Below are positions 1-10,373 of a stretch of 49,764 bases of DNA, piece by piece. Where the stretch lies: assembly GCA_036310765.1 (NCBI GenBank), contig JAXJRF010000203.1:1-49764 (forward strand). The letters run 5' to 3'. Below the pieces are notes generated by a model. It searched no databases. It was not told the origin of the DNA and saw only the letters and a list, made by a program, of their open reading frames with translations. Made by a program: the position numbers and the translations under genes. The DNA is from Frisingicoccus sp. GTDB lineage: Bacteria; Bacillota; Clostridia; Lachnospirales; Lachnospiraceae. Position 1 is the stretch's first letter. Each line of letters starts with the position of its first letter.

Positions 1-233
1 GAAAAATCTGTATCCCAGTGAATATTGCCATACGCTTTCGCTTCAATTCGAAGTGCGTCCAACTGCCGCATCAGTTCTCCCTGCAACACCTCCGACTGTC
101 CGCTTTCCGGCACATACGTTTCCCGGATAAACCGACATTCCTCCGGATACTGCAGTTCATAATCGGCAATGATCAAGTCTCTTAAATTTATCGGTGTTTC
201 TTTTTTCTTTTTGAAGATATCAAATAATCCCAT
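1..233 (-). CDS. Hypothetical protein, 5' part (runs off window start)
   Basis: Not in ORF track. Manual translation from ATG at 233 gives MGLFDIFKKKKETPINLRDL...YVPESGQSEVLQGELMRQLDALRIEAKAYGNIHWDTDF with no stop before base 1; purine-rich AGAAGGG upstream. Confidence 0.7.
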   Translation of the reverse strand, partial: MGLFDIFKKKKETPINLRDLIIADYELQYPEECRFIRETYVPESGQSEVLQGELMRQLDALRIEAKAYGNIHWDTDF

Positions 234-288
234 CTCAAATCAACCCTTCTGCTTACAGTACCATGATCAATGTCACCTTCTAAACTTA

Positions 289-534
289 TTATTTGTCACC
301 ATCTTTATAGGCTTTAAGCTCTGCACGCGCCATATTTTCCAGTGCTTCGTAAAACGCATCCATATCCTCATCGGATCCATCAGATGTGCCTAAAAAAGAT
401 GCAATATTCTCCATGTTAAATTCAGGAATACTGAATTCAGGAATCGCTGCTCCTTCCAGAACTCCAAGAATGTAATCCATCTTTTCTTCCGGTATTCTTT
501 CCAATAATTGAATTGCTCGTTCTTTCTTTGTCAT
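289..534 (-). CDS. Small acidic hypothetical protein (81 aa)
   Basis: ORF with GAGGG RBS, same orientation as neighbours; internal IPEF-S-IPEF duplication. Confidence 0.7.
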   Translation of the reverse strand: MTKKERAIQLLERIPEEKMDYILGVLEGAAIPEFSIPEFNMENIASFLGTSDGSDEDMDAFYEALENMARAELKAYKDGDK

Positions 535-550
535 AATTATCCCTCTTTCC

Positions 551-1087
551 TTAATATAATTCGGCCATATCTTCTTTTGTAAAACGATGATAAATCGTAT
601 GGCCCATCTCTTCTTTTACACAATAGTAATAAGGATCGATCGTTTCATCCTTAAAATAAAACACCCGATCAAAATCACTGCCCTCCGGCATCTGTTCACA
701 CACATAATCCGGACTGTAAGCAGCAAACAACTGCTCCACATCTTCCATACTGCAGTGATGATTCGACCGAAAAAGCTCGATCATAGCTGCGAGAAATGCC
801 GGTTCCGGGATATTGCTATGCACATACTCCGCCCCCTCCGGCGGCACACTGACTTCAATACGCTGCTTGTGGGAAGAAAATTTAAGGTCTCCCAGATTGG
901 TTCTTCGAAATATATCCGAATTCAGGACTGCAAGCATCTCGTCGGCATTCACCGCATCCGTTCCCAACATGGCATTCAGTGTGGACACCGGATAATAAAA
1001 CCTTACCGTCTCCTTCGCAAATCCCAGTTTCATCTGGGCCTCTTTCATCTGGTCGATCATATTTTTTATAAATTTTTTCTCATTCAT
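551..1087 (-). CDS. DUF3877-like conserved hypothetical protein
   Basis: N-term 'IDQMKEAQMKLGFAKETVRFYYP' and C-term 'DPYYYC...HTIYHRFTKED' recalled as typical of this Clostridia family. Confidence 0.65.
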   Translation of the reverse strand: MNEKKFIKNMIDQMKEAQMKLGFAKETVRFYYPVSTLNAMLGTDAVNADEMLAVLNSDIFRRTNLGDLKFSSHKQRIEVSVPPEGAEYVHSNIPEPAFLAAMIELFRSNHHCSMEDVEQLFAAYSPDYVCEQMPEGSDFDRVFYFKDETIDPYYYCVKEEMGHTIYHRFTKEDMAELY

Positions 1088-1103
1088 TGCATCACCGCCT
1101 AAC

Positions 1104-3434
1104 CTAATGTTGTTTGGTAAGAATCCTGACGACCTTTGTCAGCCAGCCTAATAATTTCTGAGCCAGCACCATTAATGGAATGATGAAAATCATACGCCAG
1201 TTAAAAATATTTGTAATGCTGAAGAATCCCGGCATTACAAGAATTGCCAGCACAAAAAGCACCGCCATCAAAATACATAACGTTCTTCTCCGCTTATTCA
1301 TCGGATAGCAGACTTCCCATACGACCATCTGGCTGATCATGCCTGCCAGTATCAGATTATATGTAGACAAAATAGCCTGATCAAATCCCATAAATTCGGC
1401 GAGAACCTGATTGATCAGCATCATAATGACTAAGGTCAATGCACTCGGCAGCGATATTCGGAGGACATTTCGCATGAATCCGCCGCTTGTCACCGTCTCG
1501 GTCTGCTCCAATGTCAGAATAAAGCTTGGAATCCCAATGGCAGTTCCACTGATCAGACTCAAATGGATCGGCACAAACGGATAGGTTCTTGCCAGCAAAA
1601 TGAAAATCACACTCAGTAAAACCGAATAGATTGTTTTCGTCAGATACAATGCACTGACACGTTCAATATTGGCAATAATCATACGACCTTCCCGAACAAT
1701 AGATTTCATACTCGCAAAGTTGGAATCCATCAGCACAATATGGGCAACCTGTTTCGCCGCATCACTGCCTGCTGCCATAGCAATACCACAGTTGGCATCC
1801 TTCAGTGCCAGTACGTCATTCACGCCGTCTCCCACCATGCCGACCACATTGCCATTGGCCTGATAAGCCTTAATGATTTTCTGCTTCTGTTCCGGACGCA
1901 CACGCCCATAGACTGTATAATTCGGGACAACTTCCCGCAATTCTTCAAAGTCCTCCGGCAGAGTATTGGCATCAATATATCTTTCGCCGCCCTCAAGTCC
2001 GGCTTTCACCGCAATATTGGAAACGGTTACCGGATTATCACCTGAAATGACTTTAATATCCACATTCTGGCTGGCAAAATATTCAAAGGTACCCTTAGCC
2101 TCCGGACGGATACAATCGGAAATCACGATCAGTCCTGACGGTACCACACCTTCAACAGTCATACTCTCCATATCTATTGACCCACATTTTCCAAGAAGAA
2201 GGACACGCATTCCCTCTTTCGAACATGCATTGACTTTTTCATCCAGCTTTTCATTGCCCTTTACAAGAAATTCCGGAGCCCCAAGCACGTAAATGCCTTC
2301 ATCTTCAAATTCAATGGCCCGATACTTTCTGTCCGAAGAAAATGGAATTTTGGATTTGACCTTCCATTGACCCGTCTTTTCAAAATAGGCCATAAGTGCA
2401 TCCTGCGTCGGATTCACATCATCAAAGGCAAAGGCAATTTCATTCATCGCCGCCGTCATATGCCCGATCTCTTCCTCAAAAGGAATCAGCTCCACAACCT
2501 CCAGGGTTCCCGTCGTAATCGTTCCCGTCTTATCCAGACAGAGGACATTCACCCGGGCAAGCGCCTCGATCGCTTCCATCTCCTGCACAAGTGCCTGTTT
2601 TTTTGCCAGACGTCCCACACCGAGAATAAAAGAGACGCTGGTCAGAAGGACAAGTCCTTCCGGAATCATCCCGATAACACCGGCCACTGTATTCACAAGG
2701 GCATTCGACAAGGTCATATCCTCAATCTTCCACTGGGACATAAACAGTAAAATACCAACCGGAATCAAAATCGTACCTGTCACTTTAATAATACGCCGGA
2801 TCGCATCCTGCATTTCAGAAGATGCACGTTTCTTCTGTTTTGCCTGACTGGCAAGCTGGGTTGCAAAATTATCCTTGCCCACATGGATGACCTTGGCTTT
2901 TCCGCTGCCAGCCACCATAAAACTTCCAGACCACAAAGTATCCCCCGGCTTTTTACGCACAGGACGGGATTCCCCAGTAATCATTGATTCATTCACTTCA
3001 ATGCCTTCCGATTCCAGAACGACACAGTCCGCACCAATCTGATTACCATTCTCCACAGCAATCAGATCATCCAACACAAGCTCCTCGATCGGAATATCTT
3101 TAAAAGTGCCGTCCCGGCAGACCTTTGCCTTACTTGCTGTAACAACCGCCAGCTTATCAATCAGATTTTTGACCTTTAATTCCTGGAAAATACCGATCAC
3201 CGAATTGCATAGGATCACCCCAAGAAAGGTAAGATTCTTAAACTGTCCAGAAATAATGACAAGTATGCCAAGAAAAATATTTAAAAAGTTAAAATATGTC
3301 AGCGTATGACAACGGATGATCTCCCCCGTTGTTTTTGATATATGGTTTTAGGATATATTGACCTGTCCGGCATCTATCCGTTTCTGAACCTCTTCACTGT
3401 TCAGCCCCCGATAACCTTTTTCTCCATCTTCCAT
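1104..3434 (-). pseudogene. Cation-transporting P-type ATPase (CtpE-like) with in-frame TAA at codon 29; ORF track restarts at 3218
   Basis: DKTGT phosphorylation motif, TGES, PEGL, GDGVND. In-frame upstream extension MEDGEKGYRGLNSEEVQKRIDAGQVNIS*NHISKTTGEII...TYFN from ATG 3434 is interrupted by TAA at 3348-3350. Confidence 0.8.
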
Positions 3435-3437
3435 CGT

Positions 3438-4376
3438 TTAATCCTCATCTGAAAAAGAGATTACACCTTCATCCAATGTATATGGTGTCGTCTGATAAAC
3501 AAAATAATTCAGCCAGTTAGAATAAATCCAAAGAGCATGTGCACGCCATCGCATGATCGGCTCTTTATTCGGATCATCATCCACAAAATAATTGGCTGGC
3601 ACTTCCGGATCAAGCCCTTTATTCACATCTCTGAAATACTCTTTTGCCAAAGTGTCAATATCATACTCGGAATGGCCCATCACAAAGAACTGGGAACCAC
3701 TCTCATTACCCACCACATAAACACCGGCTTCATCGGACATGGCCATAATTTTCAAATCCGGAATCTTTTCAATATCCTCGGCCAGCACTGTCGTATTTCG
3801 TGAATGGGGAACATAAAATTCCGAGTCAAATCCGCGGAACAAACGGGATTTTTCATTCAGTAAATAGTGTTTATACACACCGGATAACTTCTTGTCCAGT
3901 TTATATTTTGGAATACCGTAATGGTAATAAAGTCCCGCCTGGGCCCCCCAACAAATATGGAAAGTCGAATGGACATGGGTCTTCGACCACTCCATCACCT
4001 GGCACAGCTCCTCCCAATATTCCACCTCTTCATATTCCATCAGTTCCACCGGTGCACCGGTAATGATCAGGCCATCGTACCATTTATCCTTTACCTGAGA
4101 AAAGGTTTGGTAAAATGCGATCATATGCTCTTCCGAAATATTCTTCGCTCTGTGGGATTCCATCTGAAGCAGTTCAATTTCAATCTGAAGCGGTGTATTG
4201 GACAGACATCTTAAAATCTGTGTCTCTGTCTCAATCTTTGTCGGCATCAGATTTAAAAGCAGAATTTTCAACGGACGAATATCCTGTGTCAGAGCACGGC
4301 GCTCTGTCATAACGAAAATGTGTTCATCTTCCAGAATTTTTCTTGCAGGTAAATCATTTTTTATCTTAATCGGCAT
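3438..4376 (-). CDS. metA: Homoserine O-acyltransferase MetA (probably acetyl-specific)
   Basis: [20 protein letters not shown] catalytic Cys, GHSEY. GAPVE has Glu at the specificity position, which indicates acetyl-CoA preference. Confidence 0.95.
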   Translation of the reverse strand: MPIKIKNDLPARKILEDEHIFVMTERRALTQDIRPLKILLLNLMPTKIETETQILRCLSNTPLQIEIELLQMESHRAKNISEEHMIAFYQTFSQVKDKWYDGLIITGAPVELMEYEEVEYWEELCQVMEWSKTHVHSTFHICWGAQAGLYYHYGIPKYKLDKKLSGVYKHYLLNEKSRLFRGFDSEFYVPHSRNTTVLAEDIEKIPDLKIMAMSDEAGVYVVGNESGSQFFVMGHSEYDIDTLAKEYFRDVNKGLDPEVPANYFVDDDPNKEPIMRWRAHALWIYSNWLNYFVYQTTPYTLDEGVISFSDED

Positions 4377-4415
4377 AATATCGATTCTCCAATCTATTTA
4401 CTAAAATTACCTCTT

Positions 4416-4444
4416 ATTCTAAGACATTTTCATACCTACGTCAA
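4416..4444 (-). promoter_or_regulatory. Sigma-A promoter for metA operon
   Basis: TTGACG-N17-TAGAAT on the minus strand. Confidence 0.6.
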
Positions 4445-4480
4445 GGAATGGGGCCTTACGATTTCCTTATAATTCCATAA

Positions 4481-4520
4481 ACAAATAGGGGACTGGCCAA
4501 AGCCAATCCCCCGAGTGTTT
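4481..4520 (-). terminator. Intrinsic terminator after rubrerythrin
   Basis: GGGGATTGGC-ttt-GGCCAGTCCCC hairpin followed by TATTTGTTT. Confidence 0.7.
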
Positions 4521-4547
4521 GATTTTAATACAATATTAAGTTCAATC

Positions 4548-5090
4548 TTAGCCAAAGTATCTCTGAAGAAGTCCTTCGAATGCTTTACCATGTCTAGCCT
4601 CGTCTCTAGCCATTTCATGTACTGTATCATGGATAGCGTCAAGGTTAAGAGCTTTAGCACGTTTAGCAAGGTCAAATTTACCTTCTGTTGCACCGTTTTC
4701 AGCATCTACACGCATTTCAAGGTTTTTCTTTGTGCTGTCTGTTACAACTTCACCTAATAATTCAGCAAATTTTGCAGCATGTTCAGCTTCTTCGTAAGCT
4801 GCTTTTTCCCAGTATAAACCGATTTCTGGATATCCTTCTCTATGAGCTACACGAGCCATTGCAAGGTACATACCAACTTCTGTACATTCACCTTCAAAGT
4901 TTGCTCTTAAGTCAGCCATGATATCTTCTGGAGCACCCTGAGCTACACCAACAACATGTTCTGCTGCCCATGTTCTGTCTCCGCCCTGTTCTTTGAATTT
5001 ATCTGCTGGAACGCCACAAACTGGACATTTTTCTGGAGCTGCTTCGCCTTCATAAACATAACCACATACTGTACAAACAAATTTTTTCAT
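4548..5090 (-). CDS. rbr: Reverse rubrerythrin (NADH peroxidase)
   Basis: N-terminal rubredoxin CxxC...CxxC followed by a ferritin-like di-iron domain (ExxE, EAEH, EARH). Confidence 0.93.
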   Translation of the reverse strand: MKKFVCTVCGYVYEGEAAPEKCPVCGVPADKFKEQGGDRTWAAEHVVGVAQGAPEDIMADLRANFEGECTEVGMYLAMARVAHREGYPEIGLYWEKAAYEEAEHAAKFAELLGEVVTDSTKKNLEMRVDAENGATEGKFDLAKRAKALNLDAIHDTVHEMARDEARHGKAFEGLLQRYFG

Positions 5091-5140
5091 CGTTAATCTC
5101 TCCTTTATAAACTTTAATTATTTTAGTTTCGTGTTAAAAT

Positions 5141-5192
5141 CAGTAACAATTACTGTTATCATTATAATACATCATTCTGTACTGCTTGTCAA
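5141..5192 (-). promoter_or_regulatory. rbr promoter with putative PerR operator
   Basis: TTGACA-N17-TATTAT (5192-5164) inside the perR 3' end; TGATAACAGTAATTGTTACTG (5161-5141) at the transcription start. Confidence 0.65.
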
Positions 5193-5594
5193 TACTTTTT
5201 TATCATTTTTCTTATCTTTACAGCACTTGCATTTGCCGTAAAAATAAAGCTGATGACCGTAGATTTCTCCGTCATAATATTTCTCAGCCATACGGTCGAT
5301 CATCTGGGTGTCAAAATCCATCAGGTCGTCCACTCTGCCACATTCTTCACATATAAAATGATAATGGGCGGATGTTCTGGCATCGAACCGGTCACTGTTT
5401 TCGCCACAGGAAATCTTGATAATCTCTCCCTGCTGAGCCAGGAGGGTCAGATTCCTATATACGGTCCCAAGACTGATATTGGGATATACTTCACGTATGG
5501 CTGTGTAAACCATATCTGCAGTCGGGTGATCTGTCCGGTCAACAAGATAGTTTTTAATCGCTTCTCTCTGGCGGCTGTATTTCAGGGTTGCCAT
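5172..5594 (-). CDS. perR: Fur-family peroxide regulator PerR
   Basis: HPTAD, SLGTVYRNL, HYHFICxxC and C-terminal CxxC; adjacent to reverse rubrerythrin. Start at 5594 chosen from RBS spacing. Confidence 0.85.
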   Translation of the reverse strand: MATLKYSRQREAIKNYLVDRTDHPTADMVYTAIREVYPNISLGTVYRNLTLLAQQGEIIKISCGENSDRFDARTSAHYHFICEECGRVDDLMDFDTQMIDRMAEKYYDGEIYGHQLYFYGKCKCCKDKKNDKKVLTSSTE

Positions 5595-5619
5595 GCGCAT
5601 CCTCCTCTCTTTATAATAT

Positions 5620-5673
5620 TAGTAATTATTCTTATTACTACTTCATAATATCAAAAAAGGCAGAATCAGTCAA
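5620..5673 (-). promoter_or_regulatory. perR promoter with autoregulatory palindrome
   Basis: TTGACT-N17-TATTAT (5673-5645); perfect TAGTAAT-N7-ATTACTA inverted repeat at 5620-5640. Confidence 0.65.
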
Positions 5674-5693
5674 TAGACTTTCCGCCTTTTTTG
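5651..5693 (-). terminator. Terminator of hydrogenase operon, overlapping perR promoter
   Basis: TCAAAAAAGGC...GCCTTTTTTGA inverted repeat. Confidence 0.6.
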
Positions 5694-5706
5694 AAAATTT
5701 TAAATT

Positions 5707-7164
5707 TTAATGTCGATGCATATTGACCTGATACTCTTCATAAGTATCCACATTTGCAATAATCTGACGGTCGTCGGCTGATGCAATCTGGGCATTCCGG
5801 TCTTTCATAAAGGTTTTATCTTTATTAAGCATTGCCGGACCATTGACGCATCCGCCCATACATGCCATTCCTTCGATAAAATCTTCCGGTAAACGTCCAA
5901 CCTTCAATAAGGTCAACGCTTTCTTACAATCGATCGCACCATCAGCTCTGTATACCTTAACATCAATGTCTTCATTTCGCTCTTTAAATGTCTGGAGCAC
6001 TGCTGCTGTTACACCGCCGGATACAGAGTAATTCTTGCCGAACTTACTTCCCTGCTGGAAGTCGCCCTCAAAGTTTTCCGGATCCACATTTTTAGCTTCC
6101 ATCATCGCATAAAGTTCCTCATAGGTTAATGCATAATCTGCACCGCCCATGGCAATAGAATCAATAACTTCACTCTTCTTGGCAATACATGGTCCGATAA
6201 ATACACAGACAGCATCCGGATAAATGGATTTGATCAGACGTGCTGTTGCCTGCATTGGTGAAACAGTTGTAGACATCTTATCTGCCACCTGAGGAAAATG
6301 CTTTTTGATAATATTCACAAATGCCGGACAGCAGGAAGTCGTCATCTTCTCACCGGCCTTCACTTTTTCCTCAAGCTCCAGAGCCTCATTCTTAGACACA
6401 AAATCCGCTCCCAGAGATACTTCAAACATATCTTCAAACCCAAGAGCCTTGATGGATTCACGAATCATACCAACGGATACATTGGCACCAAACTGACCTT
6501 CAATTGCCGGAGCGACCATGGCATAGACCTTGACCCCATTACGCATCAGACGGATCACATCGACCATAAATGTACGGTCAGAAATCGCTCCGAATGGGCA
6601 GCCAACGACGCACTGACCACAGCTGATACATTTTTTATCATCAATCTCAACGATCATATCTTCGTCATAGGAAATGGCATCCACCGGGCAGGCCCGCTTA
6701 CATGGACGCATTAAATCGGCAATGGCATTGTATGGGCAGGCATCCGCACACTTACCGCACTCCTTACATTTCTTTGGATCAATATGGGCACGACCGCCCT
6801 CAAATGTAATGGCACCAAAATTACATGCAGATAAACATTTTTTTGCCATGCACATCTGACAGTTGTTTGTTACACTGAAACGGTTGATTGGACATCCCTC
6901 ACAGGCTGCCGGAAGTACCTGTACAATATTCTTCATATTACCGCCCGGCAATGGGGTATGTCCCTCAGCAAGCCGTACACGCTGACGGATGATTTCTCTT
7001 TCTTTATAGACACAGCAGCGATACTGCGGTGCATTTCCCGGTATAATGTTATATGGAATTTCTTCCGCATGCTCTTTTAACTGTCCCTCAAAAGCCATAC
7101 GGGCAACTTCCCGATAGACTTCAAATTTAATCTTATTAATATCTGTCATAAATTCTTTTTTCAT
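5707..7164 (-). CDS. Monomeric [FeFe] hydrogenase with ferredoxin domains (group B / HfsD-like)
   Basis: H-cluster motifs TSCCP, GPCIAKKSE, EGMACMGGCVNG; several CxxCxxCxxxCP motifs at the N-terminus. Confidence 0.9.
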   Translation of the reverse strand: MKKEFMTDINKIKFEVYREVARMAFEGQLKEHAEEIPYNIIPGNAPQYRCCVYKEREIIRQRVRLAEGHTPLPGGNMKNIVQVLPAACEGCPINRFSVTNNCQMCMAKKCLSACNFGAITFEGGRAHIDPKKCKECGKCADACPYNAIADLMRPCKRACPVDAISYDEDMIVEIDDKKCISCGQCVVGCPFGAISDRTFMVDVIRLMRNGVKVYAMVAPAIEGQFGANVSVGMIRESIKALGFEDMFEVSLGADFVSKNEALELEEKVKAGEKMTTSCCPAFVNIIKKHFPQVADKMSTTVSPMQATARLIKSIYPDAVCVFIGPCIAKKSEVIDSIAMGGADYALTYEELYAMMEAKNVDPENFEGDFQQGSKFGKNYSVSGGVTAAVLQTFKERNEDIDVKVYRADGAIDCKKALTLLKVGRLPEDFIEGMACMGGCVNGPAMLNKDKTFMKDRNAQIASADDRQIIANVDTYEEYQVNMHRH

Positions 7165-7190
7165 TTTATTCTCCTGTTAAGATAACTTCG

Positions 7191-8363
7191 TTAGTAATAT
7201 TTAATGGTCACTATCTTACCCATTTCCCGGCATTCGCTGATGAGCTGTTCCACCAGCCGCTGACGAATACTCAGGTCAAAGGATAAAGCAGCCGCCTGGT
7301 ATGTTGAATTGATCGCTTTACCTACAAATAAATTCAAATGGGAACATTCCTCGATAAGCACTTTGGTCAGTCTGGACGCACCATTGAGATCATAGAGATT
7401 ATTGAAAAATCCCTCATCCACCTCACCTTTATTATAACTGTGCAGCAATTGCACCGTATGATTCAATGTCAGAACCCCCTCTGTCACCAGATCCATACCT
7501 TCAATCTCTGCCGTCGGAGGGATATCCGGGTTATAATATGTAAGCGACGCTTTGATCGGCTTTCCAAGATACCTTGACACAATATTGGCCGACGTGCCTC
7601 CGCATACGATCCGGGTACCGGACACAGAAAAAAAGTCTTCCATGACCCGCTCATCATCCTCCCGGTTTACCGGAGGACCTGTAAACAGATTCACCGTTTT
7701 CGGTTCCGTCACCTTAATAGCAATGACCGTTGTATCATCTCCCGGTTTCCCGTCGTAAAGCTCATTACAATGATTGCTGATCATAGACATCAGACGCGAA
7801 CTGGAAATATCATCCGCACAGAGCTTTTCCACATACTCGACCACCTCGCTGCGGGGCCAGCCGAAACCGGAACGTGTCCCTACTCCTGCGTGAACGACGC
7901 CATCACTCATCATAATGTAATAATCGCCATAACATACATTAAAATGATATTCACGAATAATCTTTCCTTCAATTTCACGAACGTTGAAAGGAATATTTTT
8001 CTGATGACCATCCCGGATCAAAATACCGCCCGGATTGTCGTATTCCAACAACAGGGCTTCGCCGTTTTTGTCAATTTTCAAAACGCTGAATGTGGAATAG
8101 GCCACCTGGCGCGTCTGACATACCGGAAGGGTTTTGGCTACGGTTGTCACACATTCCTCAATGGATGCACCATTTTTAAGCATGGTTCCCATAATCTTCG
8201 TCGTCAATGTCGAAAGAATATTGGCCTTTACACCGCTGCCCATACCATCAGATAATACCAGAATATCCGAATCCTCTGAACGGATGATCTCCACCGTATC
8301 TCCGCATAATTCTTCCCTGGCTTTATTCAGACTTTTCCATGCGATATCAAGACTTCTATTCAT
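7191..8363 (-). CDS. SpoIIE/PP2C-type serine phosphatase (HfsC-like)
   Basis: LSDGMGSG, MSDGV, GDDTT motifs; start at 8363 overlaps the upstream stop. Confidence 0.9.
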   Translation of the reverse strand: MNRSLDIAWKSLNKAREELCGDTVEIIRSEDSDILVLSDGMGSGVKANILSTLTTKIMGTMLKNGASIEECVTTVAKTLPVCQTRQVAYSTFSVLKIDKNGEALLLEYDNPGGILIRDGHQKNIPFNVREIEGKIIREYHFNVCYGDYYIMMSDGVVHAGVGTRSGFGWPRSEVVEYVEKLCADDISSSRLMSMISNHCNELYDGKPGDDTTVIAIKVTEPKTVNLFTGPPVNREDDERVMEDFFSVSGTRIVCGGTSANIVSRYLGKPIKASLTYYNPDIPPTAEIEGMDLVTEGVLTLNHTVQLLHSYNKGEVDEGFFNNLYDLNGASRLTKVLIEECSHLNLFVGKAINSTYQAAALSFDLSIRQRLVEQLISECREMGKIVTIKYY

Positions 8364-10086
8364 AATCAATCTCTCCATCATAAAAGATACTGTCACGCAT
8401 CTTCGTCAAAGTTACCTTCGTTTCAGCTGTTGTCTCTCCCAGAAGACCTGCGATCTCCTGAGCGACCATCATCTGTTTATCAATAACCTTCTGGGCAATT
8501 TCCATAGCCTCCATACGCATACGATCATGCTGTCTGTGGAGCTTTTCTTCCATGGTGATATTTCGGATAATGCCCAGTGCACAATTTAACTCTTCTATAT
8601 AAATAATATTTTGAATCGTGATCAGTCCATATTTCGGATATTCAATCTTCTTATTCAAGATACTTCGTTTTTCATTTAGAACCTTTTCATAATACTCGGA
8701 ATTGAACAGCTTTCCAAGTTTCATACCAATGGCATCTTTCGCAGGAAGATTAAACATTCTTTCTGCCGCCTCGTTAAACTGAATAATCCGCAGCTGATCA
8801 TCCACTGTAATAATCAGGTTGGTTGATACGGATAAGATCACATCGGAAATGGAGCTGACTCTCTGATATTTGTAAGGTATACATAAATTTAACTGATCTT
8901 TATTCTGACATAAGGCAATGGCCTTATCCCGGCATGTCTTATATCCGCATGCCCCGCAATTCAGCTGTTTCTCCGGTGACGCCTTGCCGTCTTTACGCAA
9001 TGCCTCCTGGATTTCTTCTTCGGTAGGCTGATAAATCGGCTTTGTTGTCTTGCGAAAATCCCGCTTTAAACAAAGTTTGTCACCAAGCTCCCCAACATCC
9101 TCTGGAAATTCTCTGCTGATCTTCCGGTTGGCATAAATTCTCGCTTTAAACCGGTCACTTTTTCTTCCGCCGGTCAGAGGACCATTAATGCAGCCACCAA
9201 CACAGGCTGAGACCTCAATAAAGCAATTCGTGAGCTCACCTTTACGAATACATTCAAACAATTCCTGAACATCTTCAATTCCATCAACCGACAGATGATC
9301 ATACTTGCCAAACTTTCCATGGGTGGCAATTGCTGTCAAAATCCCCCCGGATATCCCGTACAGGCTGCTGATCTTCGGATTTGGCCCTTCCATCGGTGAA
9401 GGCTCACACGCATCCTGATCAATTCCAAACTGTTTAAACAAACGCGGTAATTCCTGAAAATCCAGAATCGCATCTACATATTTTCCGCGACAGCGTTCAC
9501 GAACAGCTTCCTTTCCGCGAGCCGAACAGCTTCCAATATAGACAACCTTCACATCCGGTCCATACTCTTCCTTCAGCATCATTCCATGGGCTGTCATTGG
9601 TGAAACCACCGGTGCCATATAAGGAATCATATCCGGATAATAATTTTCCACAAACTCATTCACCGCCGTACAGGAGGATGTGATAATATTATCCATCTCT
9701 CCTTCCTGGATCAGTCGTTCATATTCTTTTGTGACGTAGGTTGCGGCTTCCGCTGTTTCCCGAATATGGGCAAATCCCATTTTATGTAAAGCGGTACGCA
9801 GTTTGCCCGGACCACTCTCCTGATTGCCCAAAAGACCCAGATAGGCAGGATCCAGTGAGACAACAATTTTTTCATTATTCAACAAGAACTGTTTCACTTT
9901 ATTGAGGTCGCTGACATAAACGATCGCATCCTGAGGACATGCCTCCAGACACTGACCGCACAAAATACATTCCTTAGCCTCATAACGCACCCGCTCATTT
10001 TTTATATGAATGGCTTTTACCGGACATATACGCACACACTTATAACAATCCTTACATTTCGCTACCTTAAACCCAATAGCTGCCAC
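8356..10086 (-). CDS. PAS-domain sensory [FeFe] hydrogenase (group C, HydS/HfsB-like)
   Basis: N-terminal 2x[4Fe-4S] motifs, H-domain (TSSCT / GSCSARGKE / EVSACVGGCING), NCGACGYKTC FeS motif, PAS (FNEAAERMF), C-terminal VIDKQMMVAQEIAGLLGETTAE. Confidence 0.9.
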   Translation of the reverse strand: MAAIGFKVAKCKDCYKCVRICPVKAIHIKNERVRYEAKECILCGQCLEACPQDAIVYVSDLNKVKQFLLNNEKIVVSLDPAYLGLLGNQESGPGKLRTALHKMGFAHIRETAEAATYVTKEYERLIQEGEMDNIITSSCTAVNEFVENYYPDMIPYMAPVVSPMTAHGMMLKEEYGPDVKVVYIGSCSARGKEAVRERCRGKYVDAILDFQELPRLFKQFGIDQDACEPSPMEGPNPKISSLYGISGGILTAIATHGKFGKYDHLSVDGIEDVQELFECIRKGELTNCFIEVSACVGGCINGPLTGGRKSDRFKARIYANRKISREFPEDVGELGDKLCLKRDFRKTTKPIYQPTEEEIQEALRKDGKASPEKQLNCGACGYKTCRDKAIALCQNKDQLNLCIPYKYQRVSSISDVILSVSTNLIITVDDQLRIIQFNEAAERMFNLPAKDAIGMKLGKLFNSEYYEKVLNEKRSILNKKIEYPKYGLITIQNIIYIEELNCALGIIRNITMEEKLHRQHDRMRMEAMEIAQKVIDKQMMVAQEIAGLLGETTAETKVTLTKMRDSIFYDGEIDYE

Positions 10087-10328
10087 TAACGAACCCTCCT
10101 GAGCACTTCTTCTGCAAAAAATGTATCTACCGTTTCCGGTGTCACAGAAAACAGCTCTTCATCGATCTTTACACAAACACCTTTTTCGCATTGACCTGTA
10201 CAAAAAGATCCGTTTAATTCAATCTTCGAACCAAGATCATTCTCACGTATTTTCTTTTCAAGTCCCTGAATAATACTTCTGGAACCTTTTAAATGACAGG
10301 AACTTCCAATACAAATTGTTATAACCAT
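10086..10328 (-). CDS. Thioredoxin-like [2Fe-2S] ferredoxin (HfsA-like)
   Basis: ICIGSSCHLKGS...FCTGQC motif; first gene of the hfs-like operon. Confidence 0.9.
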   Translation of the reverse strand: MVITICIGSSCHLKGSRSIIQGLEKKIRENDLGSKIELNGSFCTGQCEKGVCVKIDEELFSVTPETVDTFFAEEVLRRVR

Positions 10329-10373
10329 AAATAGCCTCCTAAATTGCTTTTTCTTACTTTTTACTACTTTTTA

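Noticed and set aside
3348..3350. Programmed read-through or selenocysteine at the ATPase stop
   Set aside because: The codon is TAA, not TGA or TAG, and no SECIS-like hairpin is evident.
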